Below, piece after piece: positions 1-10,901 of a stretch of DNA of 64,000 bases. Position 1 is the stretch's first letter. Each line of letters begins with the position of its first letter. The notes under the pieces are model-generated. The model ran no database searches and was not told where the DNA came from. It saw only the letters and a program-made list of their open reading frames with translations. The stretch covers positions 148,206-212,205 of the forward strand of contig CAWHHI010000009.1 of NCBI GenBank assembly GCA_963829055.1, written 5' to 3'. The DNA comes from an uncultured Gemmatimonadaceae bacterium. GTDB lineage: Bacteria > Gemmatimonadota > Gemmatimonadetes > Gemmatimonadales > Gemmatimonadaceae. The translations under genes and the position numbers were made by a program.

Positions 1-681
1 CTCACGGTGGCCACCGCGGCCAACCGGGCCGAGTTGCGGAGCGCGGCGTTAGGCGGCCGGGCCAGGGTGAAGCTCATGCTCGGCGATTTCGCCGGGGCGC
101 GCGCCGACGCACAGCAGGTCCCGGTGGGCTTCGTGCTCCGCGCACTGTACGGCAATAACACGCGCGAGAACAATGCGGTGGCGATCAATGCCACCACGCT
201 GATTCGCCGGGAGGCCGGCGTGAACCCGCGTTTCTACAAGGGCGATCCGCGTTACAAGACGGACCCGCGCACGTCGTTCCGCGACAAGGGCGATACGGCG
301 AAGGGTCCCGATCCGACGCGACAGTTCGTGGAGCAGCTCAAGTACCCGGCCCGGGATACGCCGATTCCGGTGTTCACATGGCAGGAGGCGCGCTTGATCG
401 AGGCCGAGGCGGAGATCCGGTTGAACAACCCGACGCGCGCGGTGACGTTGATCAACCTGGTGCGCGCCGCGGCGAACCTTCCGGCGTACACGGGGCCGGC
501 GACCCAACAGGCGGTGCTGGACCAGCTCATCTACGAGCGATCAGCGGAGCTGTGGCTTCAGGCGCAGAGTCTCAACGACTGGCGGAGGTTCAATCTCACG
601 TTCACGCCGCAGCCGAGAGACAAGTGCTTCGAGATCGGCCAGTCGGAGTGGGAGACCAACCCGAACCTCGGCGCGAAGTAG
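1..681 (+). CDS. RagB/SusD family nutrient-uptake outer membrane lipoprotein, C-terminal part (5' end outside window)
   Basis: SusD C-terminal motifs 'WQEARLIEAEAE', 'AVTLINLVRAAA', 'ERSAELWLQ..LNDWRR', 'SEWETNPN'. Confidence 0.85.
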   Translation, partial: LTVATAANRAELRSAALGGRARVKLMLGDFAGARADAQQVPVGFVLRALYGNNTRENNAVAINATTLIRREAGVNPRFYKGDPRYKTDPRTSFRDKGDTAKGPDPTRQFVEQLKYPARDTPIPVFTWQEARLIEAEAEIRLNNPTRAVTLINLVRAAANLPAYTGPATQQAVLDQLIYERSAELWLQAQSLNDWRRFNLTFTPQPRDKCFEIGQSEWETNPNLGAK

Positions 682-694
682 CCGCTGCGACGGG

Positions 695-726
695 AATTGG
701 GGTCAGACTCGAGTCTGACCCCAATT
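695..726. repeat. Perfect 32-bp palindrome AATTGGGGTCAGACTCGAGTCTGACCCCAATT (REP-like, copy 1)
   Basis: Self-complementary around CTCGAG; starts 13 bp after the susD stop. Confidence 0.9.
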
Positions 727-750
727 ACGTAGCAACAGAATGATACAGAC

Positions 751-774
751 GGGGTCAGACTCGAGTCTGACCCC
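751..774. repeat. 24-bp palindrome GGGGTCAGACTCGAGTCTGACCCC (REP-like, copy 2)
   Basis: Identical to the core of 695-726. Confidence 0.9.
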
Positions 775-982
775 AACTCGCACGGTCTCCTCGGCACATA
801 CCATAGGGCGCGGTCCGCGGCGGCCGACGCCTAACGTTTGGCGCCGGGCCGCTGGCCGGGCGTGAGCACAGCCGCCCGCAGGGTCGGCGGGGACCAGTGA
901 CGTCCGATGCGCGAGGGCGTCGGAGACAGTATGTTCTCGTCTCCGACGCCCCACCGCCATCGATGATGCCAGGACACCCGCC

Positions 983-3900
983 ATGAGCGCCGTACTGCCG
1001 ACCCAACTGCAGAAGACGCTCGGCGACGCGTACCGACTGGAGCGCGAGCTCGGGGGCGGCGGCATGAGCCGCGTCTTCGTCGCGGAAGAGGTGCGGCTCG
1101 AGCGAAAGGTCGTGGTAAAAGTGCTGTCGCCGGATCTGGCGCAGGGGCTGAGCGCCGAGCGGTTCGAGCGCGAGATCAGAACGGTCGCGGGCCTCCAGCA
1201 GGCGAACATCGTCCCGGTGCTCACCGCGGGCGAGACGGACGGGCTCCCGTTCTACACGATGCCGTTCGTCGAAGGCGAATCGCTCCGCGCGCACCTCGCC
1301 CGGGGTCCGCTCGCCATCGGCGAGGTCGTCAGCGTGCTGAAGGACGTGACGAAGGCGCTCGCGTACGCGCACCAGCGCGGCGTGGTCCACCGCGACATCA
1401 AGCCCGACAACGTGCTGCTCTCGGGCGGCACGGCGGTCGTGACCGATTTCGGAATTGCCAAGGCGATCGCGCCGCGAAGCAAGGCGTTGGTCCTGACGGG
1501 ACTCCCGACGGGCGTACTGACGCAGCTCGGCACATCGATCGGCACGCCGGCGTACATGGCGCCGGAGCAGGCCGCGGGTGACGCCGAACGTCGATCATCG
1601 CGCCGACATCTACGCACTCGGCGCGATGGCGTACGAGCTCCTCTCGGGCCATCTCGTTTTTCCTGACCGAACGCCGCAGCGCATGCTCGCCGCCCACATG
1701 AGCGAGCAGCCGCGCGCCGATCGCGACGCTCCGCGCCGACGTGCCCGCGCCGCTCGCGGAGCTCGTGATGCGCTGCCTGGCCAAGGATCCGTCGGACCGG
1801 CCGCAGTCGGCGAGCGACATCGTGCGTGCGCTGGACGACGATGTCGAGCGGAGGCGGGACGCAGGCGATGCCGCCGATCCTGCTCGGCGGTCCGGGAATG
1901 TTTGCGAAGGCGCTCGCGATCTACGCGGCGGCGTTCGTGGTGGTGGCCGATCGTCGCGAAGGCGGCGATCGTCGGTATCGGACTGCCCGACTGGGTGTTC
2001 CCCGGCTCGCTCTTCGTGATGGCGCTCGGACTGCCCGTGGTGCTGTGGACCGGGTACGTGCAGCGGGTCACGCGACGCGCGATGACGGCGACGCCGACGT
2101 ACACGCCGGGCGGTACGCCGTCGACGACGCACGGCACGATGGCGAACATCGCGCTCAAGGCCGCGCCGCACGTGAGCTGGTACCGCACGGCGCGGGGCGG
2201 GATGTACGCGGTGGGCGCGTTCGTCCTGATGATCGCCGCGTTCATGATACTGCGCGCGTTAGGCATCGGGCCGTTCGGCTCACTGCTCGCGGCGGGCCGG
2301 CTGAACCGGCGCGATCGGATTCTGCTCACCGACTTCCGCACGACGAACGTCGACTCCGCGCTCGGTCGCGTGGTGAGCGACGCGGTTCGCGCCGGGCTCG
2401 TCGGGATCGTCCGCGTTCACGCTCGTGCAGCCCGCGCAGATCGTGTCGGCGCTCACGCTCATGAAGCGTGCGCCGGGCACGCGCGTCGACTCCGGCGTCG
2501 CTCGGGAGATCGCCCAGCGCGAGGGGATGAAGGCCATCATCGATGGCGACGTCACGGGCGTGCCGGGCGGCTACATCGTCGCGATCCGCCTCGTGCGCGC
2601 CGATTCCGGCATCGAGCTCGCGTCGTTTCGCGAAACGGGCGACGGGCCGCGAGGGCTGATCGACGCGGCCGACAAGCTCGCGCGCGCGCTGCGGAGCAAG
2701 GCGGGTGAGTCGCTGCGCGCCGTGAACGCGACGCCATCACTCGCCGCAGGCCACCACGAGCTCTCTCGACGCGCTCCGAAAGTACAGTGAGGCCGTGAGG
2801 CTCAACTCCCTCGGCGACGTCGCGAGCGGTCGCGGTCGCGCGCGAGGCCGTCGCGCTCGATTCCACGTTCGCGTCGGCGTGGAGCCTGCTCGGCGCGACG
2901 TTGTCGAACAACGGGCGCAGCCCGCTCGTCCATCGACTCGGCGCTCACACAGGCGTATCGGTACCGGGAGCGACTTCCAGCCGGCGAGCGCGACAGGGTC
3001 ACCGCGCGGTACTTCGCTCTGGGCCCTGGGCGAGACCGCGCGAAGGCGATCGCCGCCTACGAGGCCATCCTCCAGCGCGGCGACAGCAATCCGGGCGTGA
3101 TGGTCAACCTCGGCGAGCAGCTTCGAAGCCGCCGGGAGTACGCGCGCGCGGAGTCGCTGAACATCGCCGCTGCGAGTCGCGATCCGGGCTCTGCGAGCGC
3201 GCTCGGGAACGCCATCGAATTGCAGATCGACCAGGGGAAGTTCGACGACGCCGCAGCGACGATCGCCCGGCTCGAGCAATTATCGCGGGGGTATGGCGTA
3301 GCCCGCCGGATGTCCCTGGCGTTCGCGCGAGGAGACTACCGGACATTTCGATCGCTCACCGATAGCACGATGGGCGCAGGGCCCGAGGCGCGAGCGCGCA
3401 TCGGGTTGGGCGGAGCCCGGTCCCTGGCGCGCCTCGAGGGACGGCTACGCGACTATGCGGTGCTCACGAAGGAAGACAGCGCCGGTTGGCGGAGCGCACG
3501 AGCCGGATGGGAAGGTTCGCGAGATCTCGATCGAGATGGTGATCAAGGGCCCATCGGCCGCCGGGGTCGCGGGGCTCGACAGCGCAATCGCGCGCGTGCC
3601 GTTTCGCGAGCTGCCGATGATCGACCGTCCGTATCTCTCGTCGGCGACCGCGCTCGCGCGCGCCGGCAACGCGGCCAAGGCGCGCGCAATGCTCGCCCGC
3701 TATCGAACCGAGATGACGGACACGTCGATCCGCCGCGAGCAGGAGCCGGAGCTGCATCGCACGCTGGCCGAGATCGCGCTCGCCGAGGGGAAGCCGCGCG
3801 ACGCATTGGATGAGTTTCGACGCGGCGACGTGACGTACGACGGAGCGCCCGCGGACGAATGCGGCGCGTGCCTGGCGCTCGACCTCGCGCGCGCCTACGA

Positions 3901-4183
3901 CGCCGCGGGAAAACCTGACTCCGCGGCCGCGTATTTCGAGAAGTATCTGGCGACGCCGTACTGGCTCAAGGCGGACCCGGACATGGATCCGGTCCGGCTG
4001 CCGGCGATTCGCGAGCGGCTGGGCCAGTTGTACGAGTCGCTGGGCAATACGCAGAAGGCGGCCGATGAGTACCGCGCATTCATCGAGCTCTGGAAGAACG
4101 CGGACCCGGAGCTTCAGCCGCGCGTCGCCGATGCACGGCAGCGGCTTGCGAAGCTGACGCCGGTAGAGAAGCCGCGGCCCTGA
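983..4183 (+). CDS. Ser/Thr protein kinase with TM segments and TPR C-terminus (split by several frameshifts)
   Basis: GGGGMS loop, HRDIKPDN, DFG, GTPAYMAPEQ; continues through ORFs 1578, 1741, 1826, 2425, 3097, 3455; ends 'LWKNADPELQPRV'. Confidence 0.85.
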
Positions 4184-4219
4184 TCAGGTGCTCAGTCAGA
4201 ACCGAGGAGCGCAAACGAA

Positions 4220-5140
4220 ATGACGACGCGCAGAGAAGCCATTGGCATCCTTGGATCGATCTCGGTCGGATCGCTGTTGGCAGTACCGAAGCTCGGACTC
4301 GCGTCATTGATCGCGCCGCAATCGGGCGCGTCATCGTTACAGCGCGATTCCACGCCGCCGCTCGCGCCGGGCGCGCCGACGTCCCCGGAGCGGCTCGCGC
4401 TCATCGACGCCTTCAAGAAGTCGTCTGACGGAATCCCGCAGAAGTTCGAGGCGCGAACTCACAAGAGCGAGTGGACGATGCCGTACCGCCTGTTCCGGCC
4501 TAACGTGACCGGCAAGCTGCCGCTCGTGCTGTATCTGCACGGCAGCGGCGGATCCGGCGACGACAACCAGAAGCAGCTGGGACTCGGCAACATCTTCGGC
4601 ACGCGCGTGTGGGCGCTTCCGGAAAACCAGAAGACGTTCCCGTGCTACGTCGTCGCCCCGCAGACCGACCGGGGCTGGATGAACTACGGCCCACCCAGCC
4701 CCGGCGACTCGGTGGCGAGGCTCATCCCCGGGTTGGGCGACGGCGCCCGCGTCGCGTTCGAGCTCGTGGACGCGCTGCGCAGGGAGCTCGACATCGACGA
4801 GCGGCGCATCTACATCACCGGACAGTCGATGGGCGGCGGCGGTGTGTGGCACATGACCGCGCATCGCCCGCGCTTTTTCGCCGCGGCGGTCACCTGCTGC
4901 GGCAGTGCGACGCGCGAGGACGCCACGCAATCAGCCGCGACGCCGGTGTGGAACTTCCACGGCGACGCCGACAAGACCGTTCCTCTCGCCGTGTCGCGCG
5001 ACCGCATCGCCGCACTGAAGAAGGCGGGCAGCCACCCACTGCACACGGAGTACGCCGGCGTCGGCCACAACTCCTGGGAGTGGGCGTACACCGAGCCAGC
5101 GCTGGTCAGATGGATGTTCTCCAACCGCCGGCCAGCCTGA
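4220..5140 (+). CDS. Tat-exported alpha/beta-hydrolase (predicted peptidase/carboxylesterase, COG4099-like)
   Basis: 'TTRREAIG' twin-arginine signal, LYLHGSG, GQSMGG nucleophile elbow, FHGDADKTV, GVGHNSW. Confidence 0.85.
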   Translation: MTTRREAIGILGSISVGSLLAVPKLGLASLIAPQSGASSLQRDSTPPLAPGAPTSPERLALIDAFKKSSDGIPQKFEARTHKSEWTMPYRLFRPNVTGKLPLVLYLHGSGGSGDDNQKQLGLGNIFGTRVWALPENQKTFPCYVVAPQTDRGWMNYGPPSPGDSVARLIPGLGDGARVAFELVDALRRELDIDERRIYITGQSMGGGGVWHMTAHRPRFFAAAVTCCGSATREDATQSAATPVWNFHGDADKTVPLAVSRDRIAALKKAGSHPLHTEYAGVGHNSWEWAYTEPALVRWMFSNRRPA

Positions 5141-5201
5141 TCGCGCGACGAGCATAACGCGCGATCGGCGTCGCGTGCGATCGGCCGAACGCAGGCCATG
5201 C

Positions 5202-6053
5202 CTAACGCGGACGACGCTCCGCCACGACGATCCGCATGATTCGCCCCGCTCGCGTGTTCACCGTGCCCGTCGCGTAACGCCTCGCCCAATCCTCGACGCC
5301 GGAATCATCGGCCACCTGGAACCCGGCGGCGCGGAGGTCCGCCGCCATCTCCTCGGCTGACCACTTGCTCTTCGCCGGCTCGCCCAGCAGACGCAGCAGC
5401 AATGCCGCGAAGCCCCGCCGCATTTCCGTATGGTAGTTCACGATCAGCGTCGACCCCTCGGCGCTTCGCGACGCGACATTGGCGAGCGTCGACTTCATCG
5501 CGTCGTGCGTGAGATACATGACGACGCCTTCCCAGATCCAGCACGTTGGACGCGCCGCATCGTGGCCGGCACGCGCGAGCGCGGTGTCCAGCGACTCACG
5601 CTCGAAGTCCACCGGCACGAACGTCACCTCGGCGATCGCGTGCGGAAGCCTGTCGAGATGCGCGCGCTTCACCGCCTGCGTCGCGGGGTGATCGACCTCG
5701 AACACGCGGACGCCCGCGAGCTCGCTCATACGCCAGGCACGCCCGTCCAATCCCGCGCCGAGGATGACCAGCTGCGCCGTACCGCGTGTAACTGCCGCCT
5801 GCACGGCTGCATCAATGGTTGCCGTCCGCAGGGCCATCATGTCCGCCGATACACGCGCGGCCGCGAGCGTCACGCTCTCGCGACCGCTCCGTACCTGCTG
5901 CTCGATCTTCTCCAGTCGCCTTAGCCACTTCGCGTTCAGAAAGACCCGCGCGGTGGGATCGCGGAAATCGCGCACGTGCGACGCGCCCACATCCGCGACG
6001 GCGCGCATGTAGGCGACCATCATCGCAGTCCTGCTGGCGCGCTCCGCGATCAC
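5202..6053 (-). CDS. SAM-dependent methyltransferase (LCM/TIGR00027-like)
   Basis: QLVILGAGLDGRAWR, FEVDHPATQ, WEGVVMYL; likely GTG start at 6053. Confidence 0.9.
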   Translation of the reverse strand: MIAERASRTAMMVAYMRAVADVGASHVRDFRDPTARVFLNAKWLRRLEKIEQQVRSGRESVTLAAARVSADMMALRTATIDAAVQAAVTRGTAQLVILGAGLDGRAWRMSELAGVRVFEVDHPATQAVKRAHLDRLPHAIAEVTFVPVDFERESLDTALARAGHDAARPTCWIWEGVVMYLTHDAMKSTLANVASRSAEGSTLIVNYHTEMRRGFAALLLRLLGEPAKSKWSAEEMAADLRAAGFQVADDSGVEDWARRYATGTVNTRAGRIMRIVVAERRPR

Positions 6054-6060
6054 GGTCGGA

Positions 6061-7359
6061 TCACTGCTCAGCCTCCGGAGCGGCCGTGACCACACTTGGT
6101 CCGCGCATCGTGGCCGATGAGAACACGAACAACGCGGCGGCCGAGAGTCCGAGGACGAACATCGTCGTCCATGTCGTTGGCGCCCCGACGCGGTCGAGCA
6201 GGAACGCGCCGAGCCACGGGCCGACGATCAGCGCCAACGACATGGAGCTGCTGAACATGCCCATGTACTCGCCCGTCTTTCCGGGCGGCGCCAGCGCGGC
6301 CACGTAGGCGACGCTCGTCGGGAAGAAGATCATCTCCCCGAACGTCCAGATGATGACGGTGATCGCGATCGGGATCGTGGTGGTGGCTATCGCGAGTCCG
6401 CCGAATCCGACGGCGAACAGTCCCGTCGCGAGCGCGATGGCGATGCGCGTCGTCCAGTGCGACATCGCGATGTTGAGCGGAACCTCGATCGCGACGATGA
6501 CGAGCGTGTTCAGCACGAACAGCCCGCCGTAAAACGACTCGCGGTAGTGCAGGTCGCGCACGAGGTACAGCGGCATCGCGCCCTGGTGCTGCGAGAACAC
6601 GATGTTCACCAGAAACGCCGTCGCGAAGAACAGCATCGCGGTGCGGTCGTGCCAGACGAGCGATGGCGCGAAGCGACCCTGTTTATTCGTCGGATGCTCG
6701 GCGCTGTGCGCACGCGGTGGGGCGAGCAGGTGGCGGTTCCTCGAGAGCAGCACCGTGAGAACGGTGGCCGCGGCCAGGGACGTGAGCCCGTCCACGACGA
6801 AGAGCAGCGGGAACGACACGACGGCGAGAAACCCGCCCACGGCCGGTCCGATGCTCATGCCGAGATTGACCGCGAGTCGATTCACGGCGATCGCGGCCTT
6901 TCGGCGATCGGGCGTCGTCGATCCGGTAAGAATGGACATCGTCGCCGGACGAGCGGCATCGGCGACCACCGCCCAGAGAAACGTGAGTCCGACGACGACG
7001 ATGAAGTCCTTCGCGAGCGGTATGATGAGCAGGACGACGCCTGTGAGCGCGAGCGACGCCCGGAGGACGACGAAGGGCCCCACGCGGTCCGCGAGCCGCC
7101 CGGCGATCGGCGCGGTGACGAGTCCGCCGACGCCGTACGCGCTGACGGCGAGCCCGGCGACCGATGCGGAGATCCCCAGGTATCTCGTGAGATAGAGCAC
7201 GAGAAACGGCACGGCCATCATCCCCGCGCGATTGACGAACGTCGTCGCGGCAATGATCCAGACTTCGGCCGGGAGTCCGCGAAGACCGCGGTACGGATTC
7301 GGGAGTGCCAGGGTCAGCCTAACGCCGTGAGTCCGGAAGGAGTGTGCCCACGCCATCAC
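6061..7359 (-). CDS. MFS transporter
   Basis: 12-TM pattern, motif A 'GRLADRVG'. Confidence 0.9.
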   Translation of the reverse strand: MMAWAHSFRTHGVRLTLALPNPYRGLRGLPAEVWIIAATTFVNRAGMMAVPFLVLYLTRYLGISASVAGLAVSAYGVGGLVTAPIAGRLADRVGPFVVLRASLALTGVVLLIIPLAKDFIVVVGLTFLWAVVADAARPATMSILTGSTTPDRRKAAIAVNRLAVNLGMSIGPAVGGFLAVVSFPLLFVVDGLTSLAAATVLTVLLSRNRHLLAPPRAHSAEHPTNKQGRFAPSLVWHDRTAMLFFATAFLVNIVFSQHQGAMPLYLVRDLHYRESFYGGLFVLNTLVIVAIEVPLNIAMSHWTTRIAIALATGLFAVGFGGLAIATTTIPIAITVIIWTFGEMIFFPTSVAYVAALAPPGKTGEYMGMFSSSMSLALIVGPWLGAFLLDRVGAPTTWTTMFVLGLSAAALFVFSSATMRGPSVVTAAPEAEQ

Positions 7360-7465
7360 TCGCTGCCGGCGACGGGAGGCCGAGACTCGTCGTTGGTCTC
7401 AACGTCCAAGATCTCGATGGTGCTGCTGGCAATCAAGCGTGGCGAATCACTCCACCACGCCGCCA

Positions 7466-10144
7466 CTACTCCGTGGCGAGGGCACGCGCGGGCGTCACGC
7501 GCATCGCGCGCCGCGCCGGAACGAAGGTGGCGACCAACGCGACGCCAAGCAACGTCGCCACGACCATCAACAGGGTCGCCGGGTCCTGCGTCGCCACGCC
7601 GTACAGCTGATCGCGCAGGAGGCGCGCGGTCCCCAGCGAGAGCAGGCTCCCCACCAGCGCGCCCCACACGATCGGCCTCAGCCCTCGGCTCAGCACGAGG
7701 CGCCAGATGTCGCCCGGTGTTGCCCCGAGTGCCATCCGGACGCCGATCTCTCGAGTCCGTTGGCTCACGAAATAGCCGACCACGCTGTAGACCCCGACGC
7801 TCGCCAGCGCTAGCGCCAGCACACCGAGCGTCGTGAGCAACAGCGTGTTGAACCGCGTGGTTGCCACGGATTTCGAGAGCACGTCTTCCATCGTGCTCTG
7901 GTCGACGAGCGGGAGCGACGGGTCGATTCGCATCACGGCCGCCTGCAGCGCGCGCGTCAGAGTCTCTGGCGGTGGCACTGTTCGCGCGACGAGGACCAGC
8001 GAGCGCGATGTCGCGCGCCACATGCCTGGCGAGGTCTGCGTGAACGGCATGTACAGTGTTGGTGTCGCGGCCAGGTTCAACCCCGCGCTGTGCACGTCCG
8101 CCACCACGCCGACGACTGTCATCCAGTTCGGCGTGTTGCGGTCGTCGCGCATGGCGTCGAACCGCTTGCCGACGGCTCGCTGGCCGGGCCACAGTGCCCG
8201 CGCCAGTGACGTGCTCACGATCGCGACCGGAATGGCGCCGGCGTCGTCCGTGCGCGCGAAGTCGCGTCCATCGAGGAGCGACATGCCCATCACCGCGAAG
8301 TAGTCCGGCGACGCGTACCGGATGTCCACGTCCACCTGTTCGTCCGGTAGTTGCTTCCCGTCCGGCAGGATGCGCGTGGAGAGGATGCCACCCGCCAGCG
8401 GCACCGCCGACACCAGCGCCGCGCGCTGAACGCCCGGGACTTCCGCAGCCGCGTCCCGGATCTGCTGGTACGTCTGCGTCGTGCGCGCCGCGTCGGCGTA
8501 GCGCACCGCGGGCAACACGAGACGTCCCGTCATGACGTGCGACGCCGTGAACCCTGGATCGACACGCTGCAGGTGCCACGCGGTCCGGATCAGGAGACCG
8601 GATCCAACGAGCAGCGTCATGGCCAGCGCCACCTCGGCCGCCACGAGCAGGGCGCGGAGCCCCTCGCGCGCCGCGCCGGCACTCGAACCGCGGGCGCCGT
8701 CACGCAGCGCTGATTGCAGCGCGGGGCTCGCGCTGCGGACCGCCGGCACGAGCCCGACGAGCACGCTGCTCACGAGCGCCACGCCTAACGTGAACAGCAG
8801 GACGACGCCGTTCACCCGCGCCTGATCGACGCGCGGCACGTCCTCCGGCGCGAGCGCGACGAGCCCTTTCACCAGACCGAACGCGACGATCACACCGAGC
8901 ACGGCGCCGCCGAGTGCGAGGACGAGACTCTCGACGAGCAGTTGACGGACGATGCGGCCGCGCCCGGCACCTAACGCCGCACGGATCGCCAGCTCGCGCG
9001 ACCGGACGGTGCCGCGCGCCAGCAGGAGATTCGCGACGTTCACGCAGGCGATGAGCAGCACGAACCCCACGGCGCCGGACAGCACGAGCAGTCGTTCGCG
9101 GAAGCCGCCCACCACGCCGTCGATGTAGCGTCGCACCACGGCGCCCATCGCGGGCGAGGCGCCGGGCGTCCGCGCCGCCACGAGCTGAATGGCGGCGCGT
9201 GCCGCGTCGGTGGCCTGGGCGAGCGTCACGCCTGGCGCCAGGCGCGCCGTCAGGCGCAGCCAACGCCCGCCTTCCGTGGTCAACTGCTGGGTGGTCAGCC
9301 GTCTCGGCGCCCACAGATCGTTGTCGGTACCCGTCGCGTCGAACGCCGCGGGCATCACGCCGATCACCGTGTACTGCTCGTCATTGAGTCGGATCGTGCG
9401 TCCGACGACGGACGTGTCCGAGTTGAAGTGACGTGTCCAGAGCCGGTGGCTCATGAGCACGACATGCGGCGCCCCCGGCACATCGTCGCTCGGAAGGAAG
9501 CCGCGACCGAGCACCGGAGGGACGCCAATCACGCGAAAGAAGTCGCCGGTGACGAGAACGCCATTGACGAGCTGCGGCGCTCCCATCCCGGTGAGCGTGA
9601 ACCCTCCACCGCCACTGGCGGCGGCGACGTACGCGAACGCGTCGCGCCGATCACGGAGCGCCGCGAACTCCGCGCCTGACGCGATCTCTTCGATTACGCC
9701 GCGCCGCGTCGGCTGCACCTGAACGACGCGATCCGCGTCGGCGAACGGCAGCGGATGCAGCACGACGGCGTAGAGCACACTGAACACCGCCGCCGTGGCC
9801 CCAATGCCAAGTGCCAGCGTGAGCGTTGCGGTGGCGGTGAAGCCGCGCGCACGGCGAAGCTGACGCAGCGCGAACGTGAAATCCTGCTTCAACTCGCTGA
9901 GGTACTCCGCGCGTGACCGGTTGCGGTCGCGTTGCCGCCCATAGTGACGGCACTCCGCAGCGACGACGGCGAAGTCGCCGAAGCGTCGAACGGCCTCGGC
10001 CCGAGCATCGTTAGGCGCCATGCCGTCGGCGATCAGCATCTGGATCACCATGTCGACGTGGAACGCGAGCTCCGTGTCGACCTCCTCCTCGAGGCGCGGG
10101 CGCTTGAGGAAGGACCATGGCGAGCGGCGAGGGGCGCGGCTCAT
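7466..10144 (-). CDS. ADOP-family duplicated ABC permease (MacB_PCD/FtsX)
   Basis: 'EEEVDTELAFH', '[13 protein letters not shown]', '[15 protein letters not shown]', 'REIGVRMALGA'. Confidence 0.92.
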   Translation of the reverse strand: MSRAPRRSPWSFLKRPRLEEEVDTELAFHVDMVIQMLIADGMAPNDARAEAVRRFGDFAVVAAECRHYGRQRDRNRSRAEYLSELKQDFTFALRQLRRARGFTATATLTLALGIGATAAVFSVLYAVVLHPLPFADADRVVQVQPTRRGVIEEIASGAEFAALRDRRDAFAYVAAASGGGGFTLTGMGAPQLVNGVLVTGDFFRVIGVPPVLGRGFLPSDDVPGAPHVVLMSHRLWTRHFNSDTSVVGRTIRLNDEQYTVIGVMPAAFDATGTDNDLWAPRRLTTQQLTTEGGRWLRLTARLAPGVTLAQATDAARAAIQLVAARTPGASPAMGAVVRRYIDGVVGGFRERLLVLSGAVGFVLLIACVNVANLLLARGTVRSRELAIRAALGAGRGRIVRQLLVESLVLALGGAVLGVIVAFGLVKGLVALAPEDVPRVDQARVNGVVLLFTLGVALVSSVLVGLVPAVRSASPALQSALRDGARGSSAGAAREGLRALLVAAEVALAMTLLVGSGLLIRTAWHLQRVDPGFTASHVMTGRLVLPAVRYADAARTTQTYQQIRDAAAEVPGVQRAALVSAVPLAGGILSTRILPDGKQLPDEQVDVDIRYASPDYFAVMGMSLLDGRDFARTDDAGAIPVAIVSTSLARALWPGQRAVGKRFDAMRDDRNTPNWMTVVGVVADVHSAGLNLAATPTLYMPFTQTSPGMWRATSRSLVLVARTVPPPETLTRALQAAVMRIDPSLPLVDQSTMEDVLSKSVATTRFNTLLLTTLGVLALALASVGVYSVVGYFVSQRTREIGVRMALGATPGDIWRLVLSRGLRPIVWGALVGSLLSLGTARLLRDQLYGVATQDPATLLMVVATLLGVALVATFVPARRAMRVTPARALATE

Positions 10145-10153
10145 AGCGCTTCC

Positions 10154-10480
10154 TTACGCGGGGAGCAGCACGGGCGTAATCGCGGCGATGAACGTCGCGA
10201 GCTCGCGCGTCTCGGCGGTGAGATGTCTCCGTCCCTTGGGCGTGATCGCGTAGAACTTCGCGCGGCGCCCCTGGTCGGTGACGCCCCACTCGGCGTCGAT
10301 CCACCCGTCGCGCTCCATACGGTAGAGGGCGGGGTAGAGCGAGCCTTCCTCGACGCGGACGACGTCGTCGGTCCGCTCGGCGATCCACCGCAGGATGCCG
10401 AACCCGTGGCGCGGGGCGAGCGTCAGCGACTTGAGCACGAGTGCGTCGAGCGTGCCGTGCAAGCGGTCGGTAGCGGGCAT
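10154..10480 (-). CDS. PadR-family transcriptional regulator (Acidobacterial type, upstream of ADOP)
   Basis: 'GTLDALVLKSL', 'HGFGI', 'VEEGSLYPALYRME', 'RRAKFYAIT'; ATG at 10480. Confidence 0.92.
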   Translation of the reverse strand: MPATDRLHGTLDALVLKSLTLAPRHGFGILRWIAERTDDVVRVEEGSLYPALYRMERDGWIDAEWGVTDQGRRAKFYAITPKGRRHLTAETRELATFIAAITPVLLPA

Positions 10481-10493
10481 TGATGGCAACTGT

Positions 10494-10507
10494 CCTAGAT
10501 GTCTAGG
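10494..10507. promoter_or_regulatory. Putative PadR operator CCTAGATGTCTAGG
   Basis: Dyad just upstream of the padR start; a similar TAGA-Nx-TCTA dyad precedes the second padR. Confidence 0.6.
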
Positions 10508-10560
10508 GTAGAGTTGCCTGCGCGCACGCTGCCTGTCAAGAGAATCACGCTGTTGACCAT

Positions 10561-10816
10561 CCTGATGCCTGATACCTCGTACTGACGCGACTGAGTGCTG
10601 AACGACTGGCCATGCCGTGCATCCACTCGGCGGCCTGGCCAGTACCAAGTGCGTCAGCCACTGCTCAGTAGCGAGTTGTCAGGCATCAGGTCCCGTATCC
10701 GCCGGCTTGGGTCGCGCGCTTGGCGTCGCGCTTGAGTCGCGGCGGACTCCCGACTGGGCTCGGAGACTGATGCCTGACACCTCGTACTCAACGCTGGCGT
10801 GCTGAGTCACTGGCCA
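10561..10816. repeat. Three ~50-55 bp repeat units (forward 10561-10612, inverted 10636-10690, forward 10767-10816)
   Basis: Shared CTGATGCCTGAyAcCTCGTACT...ACTGGCCA; the middle copy is reverse-complemented. Confidence 0.75.
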
Positions 10817-10845
10817 AGCCCTGCATCGGACTTTCTGAGCATCGC

Positions 10846-10871
10846 GCAAACCAAACAGCCGGGAGTCCGTT
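10846..10871 (+). promoter_or_regulatory. Putative ECF promoter (GCAAA-N14-GTCCGTT) upstream of the sigma gene
   Basis: Same GTCCGTT element at 11662 and 15323. Confidence 0.45.
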
Positions 10872-10901
10872 CAATAGGTGGATATTCCGTAGCCCAGTCA
10901 T

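Noticed and set aside
695..774. Possible CRISPR repeat-spacer-repeat
   Set aside because: Only two units, perfect loop-less palindromes, and no cas genes; better explained as REP-like elements.
6457..8579. Long antisense or alternate-frame ORFs (e.g. 6457-7836, 7356-8579 and many similar)
   Set aside because: Arg/Ala/Pro-rich shadow ORFs typical of high-GC DNA, overlapping well-supported genes.
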